A stretch of DNA of 64,000 nt, taken from assembly GCA_965199955.1 (NCBI GenBank), contig CBDATQ010000002.1, positions 1,376,001-1,440,000 of the forward strand, read 5' to 3'. The position numbers and the translations under genes are program-made. Below are positions 10,463 through 21,029 of the stretch, piece after piece. Within the stretch, counting starts at the first letter, position 1. Every line of letters begins with the position of its first letter. This DNA comes from Spirochaetia bacterium (GTDB lineage Bacteria > Spirochaetota > Spirochaetia > SZUA-6 > Bin103). The notes under the pieces are model-generated. The model did no database searches. It was not told the origin of the DNA and was given only the letters and a program-made list of their open reading frames with translations.

Positions 10463-10782
10463 TGTCCGCCTCCTCGACACCCTCGCCATCCGATCCGGGC
10501 TCCCGCTCCCGGCTCCGTCAGCGGCTGCTGTATCTGCACGCCGTCAACCCGAGCATCTACGCCGACCTGGTGGCCGCCGCCATCCACGAGCCGGTCGCCG
10601 GAGCGGTCACCGAGATCGATCCGCAGGCTCCCGAGCTGCCGTACCGCACCGTCCACGACGCCATCGTGGACGGCTGGCGGGTCGTTCACTTTCCGCAGCA
10701 GCGGGCGCCGTTCGACGATCGCGAGATCGATGTGCTGGGGCAGGAGTTCATCCTCGAGAAACTGGAGGAGTTCGATGACTGA
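10462..10782 (+). CDS. Small uncharacterised protein coupled to a PhyH gene
   Basis: 106 aa with good codon usage, YRTVHDAIVDGWRVVHFP...EFILEK; overlaps the next start by 8 nt. Confidence 0.75.
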   Translation: MSASSTPSPSDPGSRSRLRQRLLYLHAVNPSIYADLVAAAIHEPVAGAVTEIDPQAPELPYRTVHDAIVDGWRVVHFPQQRAPFDDREIDVLGQEFILEKLEEFDD

Positions 10783-11572
10783 TCTGCGTACGCAGCCGCC
10801 GCGGCTGCTCTCGGACGACGAGGTGCTTCACTTCGTCACCCACGGCTATCACCTGCTGCACCCGGAGTACCCGGCGGGCCTCAACGAGGCGATCGCCGAG
10901 CAGTGCGGGCAGGTGGACGACGGGGGCAACGGAGTGCTCGCGTCGGTCCCGCTGCTGCACCAAGTCTACGACCATCCGGAGGTGCGCGGCGCGTTGATCA
11001 GCCTCCTGGGCGGAGACTACGTGATGAACGGCCATCGCCACCTGCACGTGAACGCGCCGGGTTCACGCAGTCAGAGCTGGCATCAGGACGGCACCAACGT
11101 GCGCCATCACCAGATCTGGTGCGTGCTGGCGATGTACTACCCGCACGAGGTGCCGCTCGAGCAGGGACCGACCATGATCATGCCAGGCACCCACTTCCGC
11201 AACGCCCCCACCGAGCGGATGGCGACCTACGCCAACATCAAGGACCAGGTGGCCCTGGCGGTCCCGGCGGGGGCCGTGGCCATCACCCATTACGACCTGT
11301 GGCACGCCGCCAGCCGCAACCTGACCGACCGCTATCGCTACATGTTCAAGTTCCTGTTCGACCGTCACACCGCTCCGACGGAGCCGACCTGGAACCACGA
11401 TCCGGAGACGGTCGCGGAAGTCGCTCACGGCCGCATCCGAGCGCGCGTCGGTCCGGTCGACCACTCCTCCGACCACTACAAGGAGTGGGAGTTGCGCAGC
11501 GAGATGTGGCAGTGGATGCTCGGCCGGCCTGCGCCGGTGCCGGCGGGTGCCTTCAAGGACATGCTCGGGTAG
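10775..11572 (+). CDS. PhyH-family Fe(II)/2OG dioxygenase
   Basis: GGAGGAG SD; WHQDG, GPTMIMPGTH, HYDLWH, RYMFKF. Confidence 0.88.
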   Translation: MTDLRTQPPRLLSDDEVLHFVTHGYHLLHPEYPAGLNEAIAEQCGQVDDGGNGVLASVPLLHQVYDHPEVRGALISLLGGDYVMNGHRHLHVNAPGSRSQSWHQDGTNVRHHQIWCVLAMYYPHEVPLEQGPTMIMPGTHFRNAPTERMATYANIKDQVALAVPAGAVAITHYDLWHAASRNLTDRYRYMFKFLFDRHTAPTEPTWNHDPETVAEVAHGRIRARVGPVDHSSDHYKEWELRSEMWQWMLGRPAPVPAGAFKDMLG

Positions 11573-11581
11573 GACGACCCG

Positions 11582-11974
11582 TCATCCGGATCCCCAGATC
11601 ACACTGACATCCGGATACTGGCTGATCTGACGGTCCGGGGTGAGGATCGATACCACGGTGATGAGGGATGTCGCGATGATGATGCGGTCCGCGGGGTCCT
11701 TGTGCAGTAGCGGCAGCGACGTCGAGCGCTCGGCGATGCGCCAGCCGACCGGTATCTCCTGGACCCGATGGTGCTCCAGCGCCCGGGCGATCCAGTCAGC
11801 CGGAGGGAGCGGCAGGTCCAGGGCACCGCGCCGATGCTTGATGCCGATCTCGAAGGCCGTGATCGCCGAGATGAACAGATGGCCGGCGTTGTCGACGATC
11901 GTCCGGCGTACGCTGGCGGGCAGCTTCCGTGGCGTGGAGGCAAGCCAGAGCAGGGTACAGGTGTCGAGCAGCAC
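11582..11974 (-). CDS. vapC: PIN-domain VapC toxin
   Basis: LLDTCTLLW, SAITAFEI, HKDPADRIIIAT, LTPD. Confidence 0.9.
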   Translation of the reverse strand: MLLDTCTLLWLASTPRKLPASVRRTIVDNAGHLFISAITAFEIGIKHRRGALDLPLPPADWIARALEHHRVQEIPVGWRIAERSTSLPLLHKDPADRIIIATSLITVVSILTPDRQISQYPDVSVIWGSG

Positions 11975-11976
11975 CG

Positions 11977-12210
11977 CTACGAGTCCGGCCAGTCCTCTTC
12001 CGCCAGCGGCGCGACGGGATCTTCGTGGAAGACGACTCCCGCAAGGAGCGGGTCCGGTTGCAAGGGGTCGCTCTCGGTCGAAGTGATGGGGCCGATCTCG
12101 GCTACCGGCTTGCCGTTGCGGCACACCCTGATGCGCTCACTGCGCTCCTCCACTAGGCGCAGCAACTCGGAGAGCCTCGTCTTCGCCTCATGCGTGTTCA
12201 CGACCAACAT
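11977..12210 (-). CDS. Phd/YefM-family antitoxin
   Basis: VNTHEAKTRLSELLRLVE...CRNGKPVAEI. Confidence 0.9.
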   Translation of the reverse strand: MLVVNTHEAKTRLSELLRLVEERSERIRVCRNGKPVAEIGPITSTESDPLQPDPLLAGVVFHEDPVAPLAEEDWPDS

Positions 12211-12245
12211 GAACTTAGTTTGGTTTAGTTCAATAAAGGGGTCAA
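12211..12245 (-). promoter_or_regulatory. Leaderless-type promoter with overlapping operator
   Basis: TTGACC-17-CAAACT-6-ATG; inverted repeat GAACT...AGTTC at 12211-12231. Confidence 0.65.
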
Positions 12246-12307
12246 GCGCCGCGGTAGTGCCGCCGGTCAGTCCGCGCGGGGACGTCCGGATGCGTTACAT
12301 TTGCTCC

Positions 12308-13549
12308 GTGGCAGACAATCTGGAGCGGTATGCCGACCTGGCGATCGGGGTCGGACTGAATCTGCAGCCCGGACAGCGGCTGGTCATCCGCGCGCCGATC
12401 GAGGCGGTCGAGTTGACCCGGGCGCTCGCGGCACGGGCGTACGATGCCGGCTGCCCGTACGTGGACGTCTCTTACGACGACGGCGAGCTGGACCTGGTGC
12501 GCTTCCAGCGTGCGCCGGCCGACTCCTTCGAGGAGTTCCCCGCCTGGCGCGCGCGCGGCATGCTGGAGCGCGCCGAGCAGGGCGCCGCGTTTCTCACCGT
12601 CGCCGGCGGCAACCCCGACCTGCTGAAGGATCAGGACCCGGAGCGCGTGGCGACCGCCATGCGCGTCGCATCCGAGCACATGCTGCCGTTCAGGCGCGAC
12701 TACATCAGCACCATGCGGGTGAGCTGGTGCGTGATCGCGGCCGGGGTTGCCTCGTGGGCAGCCCGGGTTTTCCCGGAAGCGCCGGCCCACGAGCAGGTCG
12801 ATCGCCTGTGGGACGCGATCTTCCACGCGTGCCGCGTAGATCAGCCGGACCCGCGGAAGGAGTGGCGGCGTCACATCGACGCGCTGGAGGCGCGGCGCGA
12901 GCACCTGAACGCGCGGGCCTACACCGCGCTCCACTACGCCGCGCCCGGCACCGACCTCACCGTCGGCCTGCCCGACGGCCACGTCTGGAAGGGCTCCGTC
13001 GACCGCAACGCGCAGGGAACGCCGTTCGTACCCAACATCCCCACCGAGGAGGTGTTCACGATGCCGCACAGCCGGCGCGTGGACGGCACCGTTTCCGCGA
13101 CCAAGCCGCTGAATTACGGCGGGCGGCTGATCGAGAACTTCAGCCTGACCTTCGAGCAGGGCAGGGTGGTCGGCGTCCGGGCGGAGTCGGGAGCCGAGGT
13201 CGTGGAGAAGCTGATCGCCACGGACGAGGGCGCCGCCCGGCTGGGCGAGGTCGCCCTGGTTCCGCACCGCTCACCCATATCCAGACTCGGCCGGCTGTTC
13301 TACCACACGCTGTTCGACGAGAACGCCTCCAGCCACGTCGCCCTCGGCCAGGCGTATGCGGTCTGCCTGAGCGGCGGGGAGGCGATGTCGGAGCAGCAGC
13401 TCGCGGACGCGGGCGCCAACGCCAGCGCCACGCACGTGGACTTCATGATCGGCTCGGACCGCATGGACATCGACGGCGTGCTCGCTGACGGCTCCACCGA
13501 GCCGGTGATGCGTGGCGGCGAGTGGGCGATCCCCGGCCCTCCGCCGTAG
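12308..13549 (+). CDS. M29 aminopeptidase (AmpS/aminopeptidase T family)
   Basis: [53 protein letters not shown]. Start may be GTG 12308 or ATG 12290. Confidence 0.93.
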   Translation: MADNLERYADLAIGVGLNLQPGQRLVIRAPIEAVELTRALAARAYDAGCPYVDVSYDDGELDLVRFQRAPADSFEEFPAWRARGMLERAEQGAAFLTVAGGNPDLLKDQDPERVATAMRVASEHMLPFRRDYISTMRVSWCVIAAGVASWAARVFPEAPAHEQVDRLWDAIFHACRVDQPDPRKEWRRHIDALEARREHLNARAYTALHYAAPGTDLTVGLPDGHVWKGSVDRNAQGTPFVPNIPTEEVFTMPHSRRVDGTVSATKPLNYGGRLIENFSLTFEQGRVVGVRAESGAEVVEKLIATDEGAARLGEVALVPHRSPISRLGRLFYHTLFDENASSHVALGQAYAVCLSGGEAMSEQQLADAGANASATHVDFMIGSDRMDIDGVLADGSTEPVMRGGEWAIPGPPP

Positions 13550-13589
13550 AAGGGCGGCGGCACGCAGCCGATCCTCACCTGCCGCGGAG

Positions 13590-13701
13590 CACGTAGTCGG
13601 TCCAGGTTGGGCGTGTAGATGTGGCGGTTGCCGAGCGCGGCGATCGTGTCGAACCGCTGCTGGTCGGTCATCACGAAGAGGACGTTCGGACGGTCTTTCA
13701 T
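13590..13701 (-). pseudogene. Sulfatase N-terminal remnant
   Basis: [27 protein letters not shown]...TPNLDRL, then homology ends. Confidence 0.8.
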
Positions 13702-13764
13702 CGTGTTCGGTGCCTCCGCTTGGTGGTCAGCGCGGGGCGCGCTCCGGACGGCTGATGGTATCGA

Positions 13765-13801
13765 TTGACGCCCGCAGGGGTGCGCGACAAGCTCGCGTTG
13801 C
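13765..13801 (+). promoter_or_regulatory. Putative promoter, near-leaderless
   Basis: TTGACG-17-CAAGCT-8-GTG. Confidence 0.5.
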
Positions 13802-15295
13802 GTGAACCCGAAACGCCCCAACATCCTGCTCATCATGAGCGACCAGCAGCGCTGGGACACGCTCGGAAGCTACGGCTGCCGTGCCATTCCCACGCCGGCC
13901 CTGGATTCGCTGGCGGCGGGCGGGGTGACGTTCGAGCGCTGCTACGTGAACGCTACCATCTGCACGCCGAGCCGCGCGTGCATGCTGACCGGCAAGCCGC
14001 TGCCCGGGCACGGCGTGTACCGGCTGCACGACACGCTGCCCGACGACCAGGTGCTGCTGCCGGCGCACTTGGCGCGCCTCGGCTACCAGACCGCGCTGGT
14101 GGGCAAGCTGCACGTCTCCGGGCACACGGTGGAGTCGGCGCGCCGCCACCCGCACGACGGCTTCGAGCGCTACGAGTGGTGCAACGACCCGCGGCTCCAT
14201 CTGGACTCGCCGTTCAACGCCTATGCCGCGTGGCTGCGCGAGCACCATCCGGGGTTTCTGCGCCCGCTCGAGTCAGGGCCGCAGGACCACCATCCGGCGG
14301 AGGCACGCTTCAGCACCTGGGCCGCCGAGAGCGCCATCGCCTTTCTTTCCGAGCGCGACCCGGCGCGGCCCTTCTTTCTCAACGTGAGCTTCTTCGATCC
14401 GCATTCCCCGTACTTCGACTTTCCGGCCGAGGCGGGCTGCCTGGTGGACCGCTCGGCGATCGATGCGGTGCGCCCGCTGACCACGGCGCACGAGCCGGTC
14501 CCGAGCGCGGTGGAGCGCGAGCGGGAGGGGTTCCGGCGCCGCTACGGCGGGCAATCGGGCGGTCGCGACCTGGCCGACGTGCGGCACGGCTACCTCGCAT
14601 CGGTCGCCTTCCTCGACCGGCAGGTGGGGCGCATCCTCGCCGAGCTGGAGCGGCGCGGTCCCTCGGACGACACCCTGGTGCTGTTCGTGTCCGACCACGG
14701 CGACATGCTCGGGGACCACGAGCTCATCACCAAGGGCGCCTACTTCTACGACCCGTGCACGCGCGTACCGATGATCCTGCGCCTGCCGGAGGGCGGGCGG
14801 GCCGGCACGCGGGTGAGCGAGCTGGTGCAGCCGCACGACTTGGCCGCCACGTTGCTGCACGCCGCCGGAATGCCGGCTGCCGAGACCGCCGCGCTGATGC
14901 CCGAATCGCAGGACCTGGCGGCGTTGGCGCGCGGCGAGGTGGCCTCACCCCGCGACTATGCGCTGACGATGTACCGCAACTCCGGCTACGGCAATTCCGA
15001 CGACGGCAACCGCGGCTACTGGGACCCGCCGATCTGCGGCACCATGTTCCACGACGGCCGCTACAAGCTGTCGCTGTTCCACGATCCCGAGGCGCGCTCC
15101 GAGCCTGCGGGCGAGCTGTACGACACGGCGGCCGATCCGACCGAAACCACCAATCTCTGGGCCGACCGAGGCCACGTCACGCGCCGCGACAGCCTGATCG
15201 CCCGGCTGCACTCGACCCTGGTGGCAAGCGAGGTGCGGCACGTGGCCGGCCGCGGCGGCACGAGCTGGCCATACGGGAGGAGCCGGGCCGGCTGA
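13802..15295 (+). CDS. Cys-type sulfatase
   Basis: [38 protein letters not shown]...DP.E. Confidence 0.93.
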   Translation: MNPKRPNILLIMSDQQRWDTLGSYGCRAIPTPALDSLAAGGVTFERCYVNATICTPSRACMLTGKPLPGHGVYRLHDTLPDDQVLLPAHLARLGYQTALVGKLHVSGHTVESARRHPHDGFERYEWCNDPRLHLDSPFNAYAAWLREHHPGFLRPLESGPQDHHPAEARFSTWAAESAIAFLSERDPARPFFLNVSFFDPHSPYFDFPAEAGCLVDRSAIDAVRPLTTAHEPVPSAVEREREGFRRRYGGQSGGRDLADVRHGYLASVAFLDRQVGRILAELERRGPSDDTLVLFVSDHGDMLGDHELITKGAYFYDPCTRVPMILRLPEGGRAGTRVSELVQPHDLAATLLHAAGMPAAETAALMPESQDLAALARGEVASPRDYALTMYRNSGYGNSDDGNRGYWDPPICGTMFHDGRYKLSLFHDPEARSEPAGELYDTAADPTETTNLWADRGHVTRRDSLIARLHSTLVASEVRHVAGRGGTSWPYGRSRAG

Positions 15296-15319
15296 CCGGC
15301 GTGCTCTCCGCTGGGCAGG

Positions 15320-16657
15320 TCAGTCCGTGCGCGCTGGCGCCGGCGGCGGCTTGTCGACGGCCAGGTGAGCGCCGCGGCGCTCCACCTCCCGCCGCACCTC
15401 CAGGGGATCGAGGCCGGCGGCGTCGCCACCGCGCTCAGCGGCCATCGCCGCGCCGATGCCGACCGCCTGGCCCATCATGGAGCAGGTGGTGGTGACGCGC
15501 GCGGAGGACAGGGCGAGCTGGTCGGCCGACATGCAGCGGCCGGCCATCAGCAGGTTGCGGCCGTCGCGCGGGACCAGGCAGCGGAAGGGGATCTGGTAGG
15601 GAGGCACGTACAGATCGTCCTTGGGAAGGATGTAGGTGCGCTTGTCGTCGTCCGGCTTGTGGCCGTCGAGATAGAACACGCCGCGCGCCACCGCGTCGTC
15701 GAACTCGCGCCCGGCGCGCAGATCGTCGACACGCAACTGGTAGCGGCCGACGATCCGGTACCCCTCGCGGATGCCGATGATCGGCGAGCAGTGATCGAAG
15801 CGCCAGTCCTTGCGCTCGACCGCCTGGAAGTAGGACAGCACCTCCAGCATCCGGCGGCGCGCCGCGATCTCGGCGGCGGTCATGCTCTCGGTGTCGGTGG
15901 AGTCGAACATCGGCACCTTGACCTTGATCGCCCGGCCGCGCGGGCCGTTGGGCCAGTTGGGGCTGGTCATCGGCAGGTCGTCGCGCTCGCGGATCGGCTG
16001 GAACCAGCCCTCGGGGAGCTGGTCGGCGACCGGCTCGCCCATCTCGCGCACGAAGAACATCAGGCTCATGGGGAGCTGGAGCTGGTCCTCGGCGCGCCCC
16101 TTCTCGACCGCGTAGCCGGCGGCCTTGGCCACCAGTCCGTCGCCGGTGCAGTCGATGAAGTGGTTGGCGCGCAGCGCCTCCGGCCCGGAGGGTCCGGCCA
16201 CGATCGCCTCGGCCAGCCGGCCGTCGCGCTCGATCACGTCGACGAAGCGGGTGTGCAGCAGCAGCTTGACCCCGCGCTCCAGCAGCACCTCCTGCAGGAT
16301 CACCGCCAGGATCTCGTGATCCAGGACCCGCGACTGGCAGCCGCCGTAGGCGAACGGCTGGTAGGGGACGATGGCGTCGAACCGCTCCAGGTGGCGCAGG
16401 ATCTCGTCGAACACCTCGCCCTGGCCGGCGGTCTCCCCGCAGAAGTTGGCGACCCCGCCGACCGTCATGTTGCCGCCGGTCACGCCGAAGCGCTCCACCA
16501 GCACCACCGACGCGCCGCTGCGCGCAGCGGCCGCCGCCGCGCTCACCCCGGCGATGCCACCGCCGATCACCGCGACGTCGGCCTGGTAGCGCACCGGCAC
16601 GCTGCGGCTCCACGTCACCGGTTGCGGCGACGGACTGCGATCGACGAGCGACTTCAA
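15320..16657 (-). CDS. FAD-dependent oxidoreductase (FAD_oxidored family)
   Basis: DVAVIGGGIAG, IDCTGDG, GIREGYRI.G.Y, YQIPFRCL, LMAGRCMS. The start may be somewhat downstream. Confidence 0.9.
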   Translation of the reverse strand: MKSLVDRSPSPQPVTWSRSVPVRYQADVAVIGGGIAGVSAAAAAARSGASVVLVERFGVTGGNMTVGGVANFCGETAGQGEVFDEILRHLERFDAIVPYQPFAYGGCQSRVLDHEILAVILQEVLLERGVKLLLHTRFVDVIERDGRLAEAIVAGPSGPEALRANHFIDCTGDGLVAKAAGYAVEKGRAEDQLQLPMSLMFFVREMGEPVADQLPEGWFQPIRERDDLPMTSPNWPNGPRGRAIKVKVPMFDSTDTESMTAAEIAARRRMLEVLSYFQAVERKDWRFDHCSPIIGIREGYRIVGRYQLRVDDLRAGREFDDAVARGVFYLDGHKPDDDKRTYILPKDDLYVPPYQIPFRCLVPRDGRNLLMAGRCMSADQLALSSARVTTTCSMMGQAVGIGAAMAAERGGDAAGLDPLEVRREVERRGAHLAVDKPPPAPARTD

Positions 16658-16785
16658 CGCGCGGGCACCGAGACGAATCGGTGCTCTCGATCAGCCGTCA
16701 TGCCGTCAGCGTAGCACCGCAAGGCCGAGCACGGAAGGAGGACGGATAGCCCTCCATTCTGGTCCATGATAATCCGGATTCCAAC

Positions 16786-17163
16786 TACGACGTCGGCGTG
16801 GCTGCGCGGCTGCTCGGCATCGAGTCCGCGCAGCAGATGAGAACCCACCCGGCGCGCGGCGCACTGTTCGAGAACTAGGTGATCACCGAGTACCTGAAGC
16901 GGCGCTGGAACGCCGGCAGCCAGCCGAATCTGTTCTTCTGGCGCAGCCATGGCGGCCTTGAGGTCGATCTGGTGCTGGAGCAGGGGCGGGTCCTGGCCCC
17001 GGTCGAGATCAAGTCCGGCGCCACGGTGTCACCGGACTGGCTGCGGCGGGTGCGCCGTTGGCGGGAGTTGGCGGGCGCCGCCGCCGGCCGCCCGGTCATC
17101 GTGTATGGCGGCGATCAGCCACAGCAGCGCAGCGACGCCGACATCGTTCCCTGGCGCCGGTAG
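16786..17163 (+). pseudogene. AAA_14/DUF4143 ATPase C-terminal remnant with a nonsense codon
   Basis: YDVGVAARLLG...GALFEN*V (TAG 16876)...FWRS..GLEVDL...VEIKSG; the ATPase domain is absent. Confidence 0.85.
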
Positions 17164-17225
17164 GCGCAGTCGCCGGAAGCCGATTAGGCGGCTCCTGGTC
17201 CCCGACCGGTCCGATCGCGGCGTCG

Positions 17226-18728
17226 CTACGTTCTGTCCGCCACTTCGCGGCACCTGGGAGCGAGGGAGCGCAGGCGGGACAGAACGGACGGATCGGATCC
17301 GGGTGAGAGGTTGAACGTCTCGGCTGGGTCGGTGCGGTGGTCGTAGAGCTCCTCGGCCTGCACTTGACCGGTCGCATCGAGCCAGCGGGTGTAGCGTTGG
17401 TCGGCGGTACGCGTGGAATAGGCGGTCAGCCCGTCGCGGCGCGCCCGCGCGAACACCGCCGGTTTTCCCGGCGCCGAAGGGTCGTCGAGGAGTGGCAGCA
17501 GGCTGCTTCCTTCCGCCCACTCGGGGACCGGGATGCCGGCAAGCTGCAGCAGGGTGGGCATCAGGTCGACGTGCTCGGTCAGGCCCGTGACCCGTTGGCC
17601 GGCCGTGCTGCCCGGAACACGGAGCAGCAATGGCACCTGCAGATCCGGTTCCCACGTCACTCCCTTGCCCCAGTGGCGGTGCTCGCCGAGGGCGAAGCCG
17701 TGGTCGGTGGTGAAGGCCACCACCGTGTCCCGCGCCATCCCGGTCTCGTCGAGGGCGGCCAGGATGCGGCCGATCTGGGCGTCGACGTAACTGACGGCGG
17801 CGTAGTGGCCGCGGCGCAGCTCTTCGGCCTGGGCCGCCGTGGGCTGCCAGGCCGCGCGGGCGCCCGGCAGGTGGTCGGTCTGCTCGTAGTACTGGAACGG
17901 TTCGTTGCCGGCGCGCGCCAGCTCGGGCGCCAGCGGCGCGGGGCGTGGCGTGTCGTATCCCGCTTCGGCGCCGAAGTCGGTGCCGTCGTGCAGCCGCCAG
18001 TAGCGCTCCGGCGCCAGCCACGGCAGGTGGGTGTTGCAGAATCCGACGCCCAGGAGCAGGGGCGCGGCCTCTGGGTCCGCGGCGTGGGCGCGCAGCACCC
18101 GGATCGCTTCGGCGGCGACCTCGCCCGCGTAGTAGGCGCCGTCGGCCACCGGTGCGCGCTCGACCGGGCCGCCGCGCCAGCGCTTGAACTGGGTGGCGGC
18201 ATCCGGCTCGGCGGCCAGCAGGGCCCGGAAGCGCTCCTCCATCAGGGCGCGATTTTCCGGCGAGTGGTAGCGCCGCGCCCGTTCGCGGCAGTCGAAGTCG
18301 TCCGGACACCACGCGGGCGCCTCGCCGGTGGTTGCATGCCACTGCGGATCGCTCCAGCTCGGCGGATCGGCGTCGTACTCGTGCATGACCTTGTGCAGGC
18401 TCACGGTTCGGTAACCGCCGGCGCGCAGCAGCTCCGGGATGGTGCGGATCCAGGGCAGCCGGCGGCGCATGCCGGCGTAGAATTCCGTGCCGTCGTTCTC
18501 TTGGCGCTGCACGGTGTCGGGCCGGCAGCCGGTCATCAGGCAGGTGCGCGCCGGCGCGCACAGCGGGAACTGGCAGAAGGCGTTCTCGAACAGGGTGCCG
18601 CCGGCGGCCAGCGCGTCGAGGTGCGGCGTGACGGCGCGCGGGTCGCCGTAGCAGCCGAAGCGCAGCGAGATGTCGTGCGCGATCAGGAACAGGACGTTGA
18701 GCCGTCCGGCCACCGGACGGCCCGTCAC
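17226..18728 (-). CDS. Cys-type sulfatase (iduronate/choline-sulfatase-like)
   Basis: GTGA-coupled to the upstream gene; NVLFLIAHD, CAPART, THLPW, TDHGFALGEH.HWGK, EELYDH..DP.E. Confidence 0.92.
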   Translation of the reverse strand: MTGRPVAGRLNVLFLIAHDISLRFGCYGDPRAVTPHLDALAAGGTLFENAFCQFPLCAPARTCLMTGCRPDTVQRQENDGTEFYAGMRRRLPWIRTIPELLRAGGYRTVSLHKVMHEYDADPPSWSDPQWHATTGEAPAWCPDDFDCRERARRYHSPENRALMEERFRALLAAEPDAATQFKRWRGGPVERAPVADGAYYAGEVAAEAIRVLRAHAADPEAAPLLLGVGFCNTHLPWLAPERYWRLHDGTDFGAEAGYDTPRPAPLAPELARAGNEPFQYYEQTDHLPGARAAWQPTAAQAEELRRGHYAAVSYVDAQIGRILAALDETGMARDTVVAFTTDHGFALGEHRHWGKGVTWEPDLQVPLLLRVPGSTAGQRVTGLTEHVDLMPTLLQLAGIPVPEWAEGSSLLPLLDDPSAPGKPAVFARARRDGLTAYSTRTADQRYTRWLDATGQVQAEELYDHRTDPAETFNLSPGSDPSVLSRLRSLAPRCREVADRT

Positions 18729-20962
18729 GGGACGGTCGCTGGCAGATGTTCCTTGCGCCCCGAAACCGTCGCCTGCGGCTCCGCTTTCGGCCCATCCCCA
18801 CCTTTCGCTACGGAGTCCGTCGGGTCTGCCGCTGACGCGCCAACCCCGACAGACTCCTTGAGGGTGTCGATCAGGTCGGCGCTGTCGTGGTGCCAGGCGG
18901 CTTCCGCGGCCTTGCCGTGCTCCCCCGTGGCGACGATGGCATCGAGCGAGAGGCGCAGGCCGCGAATGGCGTTCCCGTCGACACAGGCCAGCAACACGCC
19001 GTCCGCCGTCGCCGCCAGCGCGCACGGGCCGTTGCCGCCGGGCACGGCCAGGACGGTCTGCCGCCACGGCCCGTCGGGGCCGGACGTGCCCAGTACCACG
19101 CCCTCGCCGGTCGCCCACGCCGAGGTGTACAGGCGCGTGACGTTCAGGCTGGCGCGGTCGTGCCCGGTCAGCGTCAGGGACACGACGGCCGCTCCGGGCA
19201 CCGGTGGTTCCGGAAGCGCCGGCTCCGGGCGGGCGTCGCGGTTGCGGGCGGCGCCGTTGCTCCCGCCCCCGGCGCGCCACCTGACGCCGCCGTCCGCCGA
19301 CACCCAGCCGCGTTCGCCGACGTGCAGCACGACCTCCGGCGGATCGTCGGACTCCGTCACCTCGGTCGCCATGGCCGGCACCTGGTCGAATCCCTCGGTC
19401 CGGTTGCGTCCGCCGTCGTCCACGGCGAACGCCGGGTCGGCAGCGGCATCCGTCGGCACAACGGCGCCCAAATCCACGGCCGGGTGCCAGCGCTCCTCGT
19501 AGCGGCGCAGCACACTCAGCGAGCCGTCCGCGATGTACGCGATCAGGACCTCGCCGGTGGCCAATTCGGTGACCGCCAAGGAGGAAACGGGCGCTGCGGC
19601 GGCGCCCGTCTGCTGGTCATACCCGCGCCGGCGGCGCAGGTAGCTGTAGTACGGGGCCAGGTCCAGGCGCACGCCGGCGCGGCGCAGGCGCGCGCGCAGC
19701 TCAGGCACGTCGACCGCGTCGACCGACCGCGCGGGGGCCCCCATCGCGGCCGCGACGCCGGCGGCGAAGCCGGTCTGGGCACGGGTGCCCATGACCCGGA
19801 ACGAGCTGGTCGCCAGGTGGTCGCCGCCCAGGCAGCGGCCCGGCACCAGCAGGTTCGTCGCTCCCCGCGGCCGCATGGCGCGCAGCGGGATCTGGTGCGG
19901 CGGGCACTGCACGGTGACGCCGGTGCCGGCGCGCTGCACGACCGTGGGCCAGTGGTAGTCGGTGTGGTAGGAGCCCACCGCCACGCCGTCGGGAAAGTGG
20001 CGCCCGGCCAGGATGTCGTCGGCGGTCAACTGGTAGACCGCCTCCACTCGGCGGCCCTCGCGGATGCCGATGTGCGGCGCGACCCACGCCAGGCGGTGGT
20101 TGGGGTAGCGCGCTCCGCGGAAGCCCTGCGTCTGCAGGTAGTGGACGACGCCCATCATCTGTCTCCGCCCGGCCTGCTCGGCCGCCGACAGCGACGGTCC
20201 GTCGGTGCCGTCGTGGCCGATCACTTTCATCTTCACGGTCACGTGGTGGCCGTGCGGGATGACAGTGATCATCGGCACGTCCTCGTCGTCCCGGTACTCC
20301 GGGCAGCCCGGCGGCAGCACCGGCTCCACCTCCCGACCCGAGTCGACCAGGGTGAAGTAGAGGCTCATCGGCAGTTGCAGCCGGCCGGCCGACGCGTCGA
20401 CCGACGGCGGGTCGCTGGGCATCAGCACCGGTCCGCCCTTGCGGAACGGCCAGCCGCCGCGCGCCACCAGGTCGGCGTCGCCGGTGGCGTCCACGGCGAT
20501 CACCGGCTCGATGCGGGTCAGGCCGCTCTTGTTGGCAAGCACCACGGCCGCCACGCGGTCGCCTTCCCGGTCCACGCTCAATACCTGGGTGTGCAGCAGC
20601 AGCTCCACGCCCGCCTCGGCGAGCATCTCCTGCAGCACGAACTTGAGGCTCTCGCAGTCGAAGGGGCGCCCGTCGCCGTTGGGCCGGTACGCGGAGATGC
20701 CGCCGAAGGCGTCCAGCCGGCGCACCATCTCGCGCCAGCGGTCGTTGACCATGCGGGTCTCCCCGCAGAAGGAATGGACGCCGTCGGCGGTCCCCTGACC
20801 GCCGACGAAGCCGTGCTGCTCGACCAGCAGCACGCCCGCGCCGTGATCCGCCGCTCCGAGAGCCGCGTACACCCCCGCCACGCCGCCGCCGGCGACCAGC
20901 ACGTCCATCTGACGCCGATCGTGGAGCGGCAGCGTCACGCTGTCGTCAATCGAAGTGCGCAT
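18725..20962 (-). CDS. FAD-dependent oxidoreductase with a ~300-aa C-terminal extension
   Basis: DVLVAGGGVAG, VDATGDAD, GIREGRR, QIPLRAM, PGRC; the extension contains one SADGGVRW Asp-box. Confidence 0.85.
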   Translation of the reverse strand: MRTSIDDSVTLPLHDRRQMDVLVAGGGVAGVYAALGAADHGAGVLLVEQHGFVGGQGTADGVHSFCGETRMVNDRWREMVRRLDAFGGISAYRPNGDGRPFDCESLKFVLQEMLAEAGVELLLHTQVLSVDREGDRVAAVVLANKSGLTRIEPVIAVDATGDADLVARGGWPFRKGGPVLMPSDPPSVDASAGRLQLPMSLYFTLVDSGREVEPVLPPGCPEYRDDEDVPMITVIPHGHHVTVKMKVIGHDGTDGPSLSAAEQAGRRQMMGVVHYLQTQGFRGARYPNHRLAWVAPHIGIREGRRVEAVYQLTADDILAGRHFPDGVAVGSYHTDYHWPTVVQRAGTGVTVQCPPHQIPLRAMRPRGATNLLVPGRCLGGDHLATSSFRVMGTRAQTGFAAGVAAAMGAPARSVDAVDVPELRARLRRAGVRLDLAPYYSYLRRRRGYDQQTGAAAAPVSSLAVTELATGEVLIAYIADGSLSVLRRYEERWHPAVDLGAVVPTDAAADPAFAVDDGGRNRTEGFDQVPAMATEVTESDDPPEVVLHVGERGWVSADGGVRWRAGGGSNGAARNRDARPEPALPEPPVPGAAVVSLTLTGHDRASLNVTRLYTSAWATGEGVVLGTSGPDGPWRQTVLAVPGGNGPCALAATADGVLLACVDGNAIRGLRLSLDAIVATGEHGKAAEAAWHHDSADLIDTLKESVGVGASAADPTDSVAKGGDGPKAEPQATVSGRKEHLPATVP

Positions 20963-21029
20963 CGATCCGAGTTTCTCATGCCGGAGCCTCGGATCGTCAA
21001 CGACGCGTGCGGGGCTGGATGCGAGAACT

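Noticed and set aside
16876..16878. In-frame TAG as pyrrolysine/readthrough recoding
   Set aside because: The gene has also lost its whole ATPase domain, and TAG serves as a normal stop elsewhere; simple nonsense mutation.
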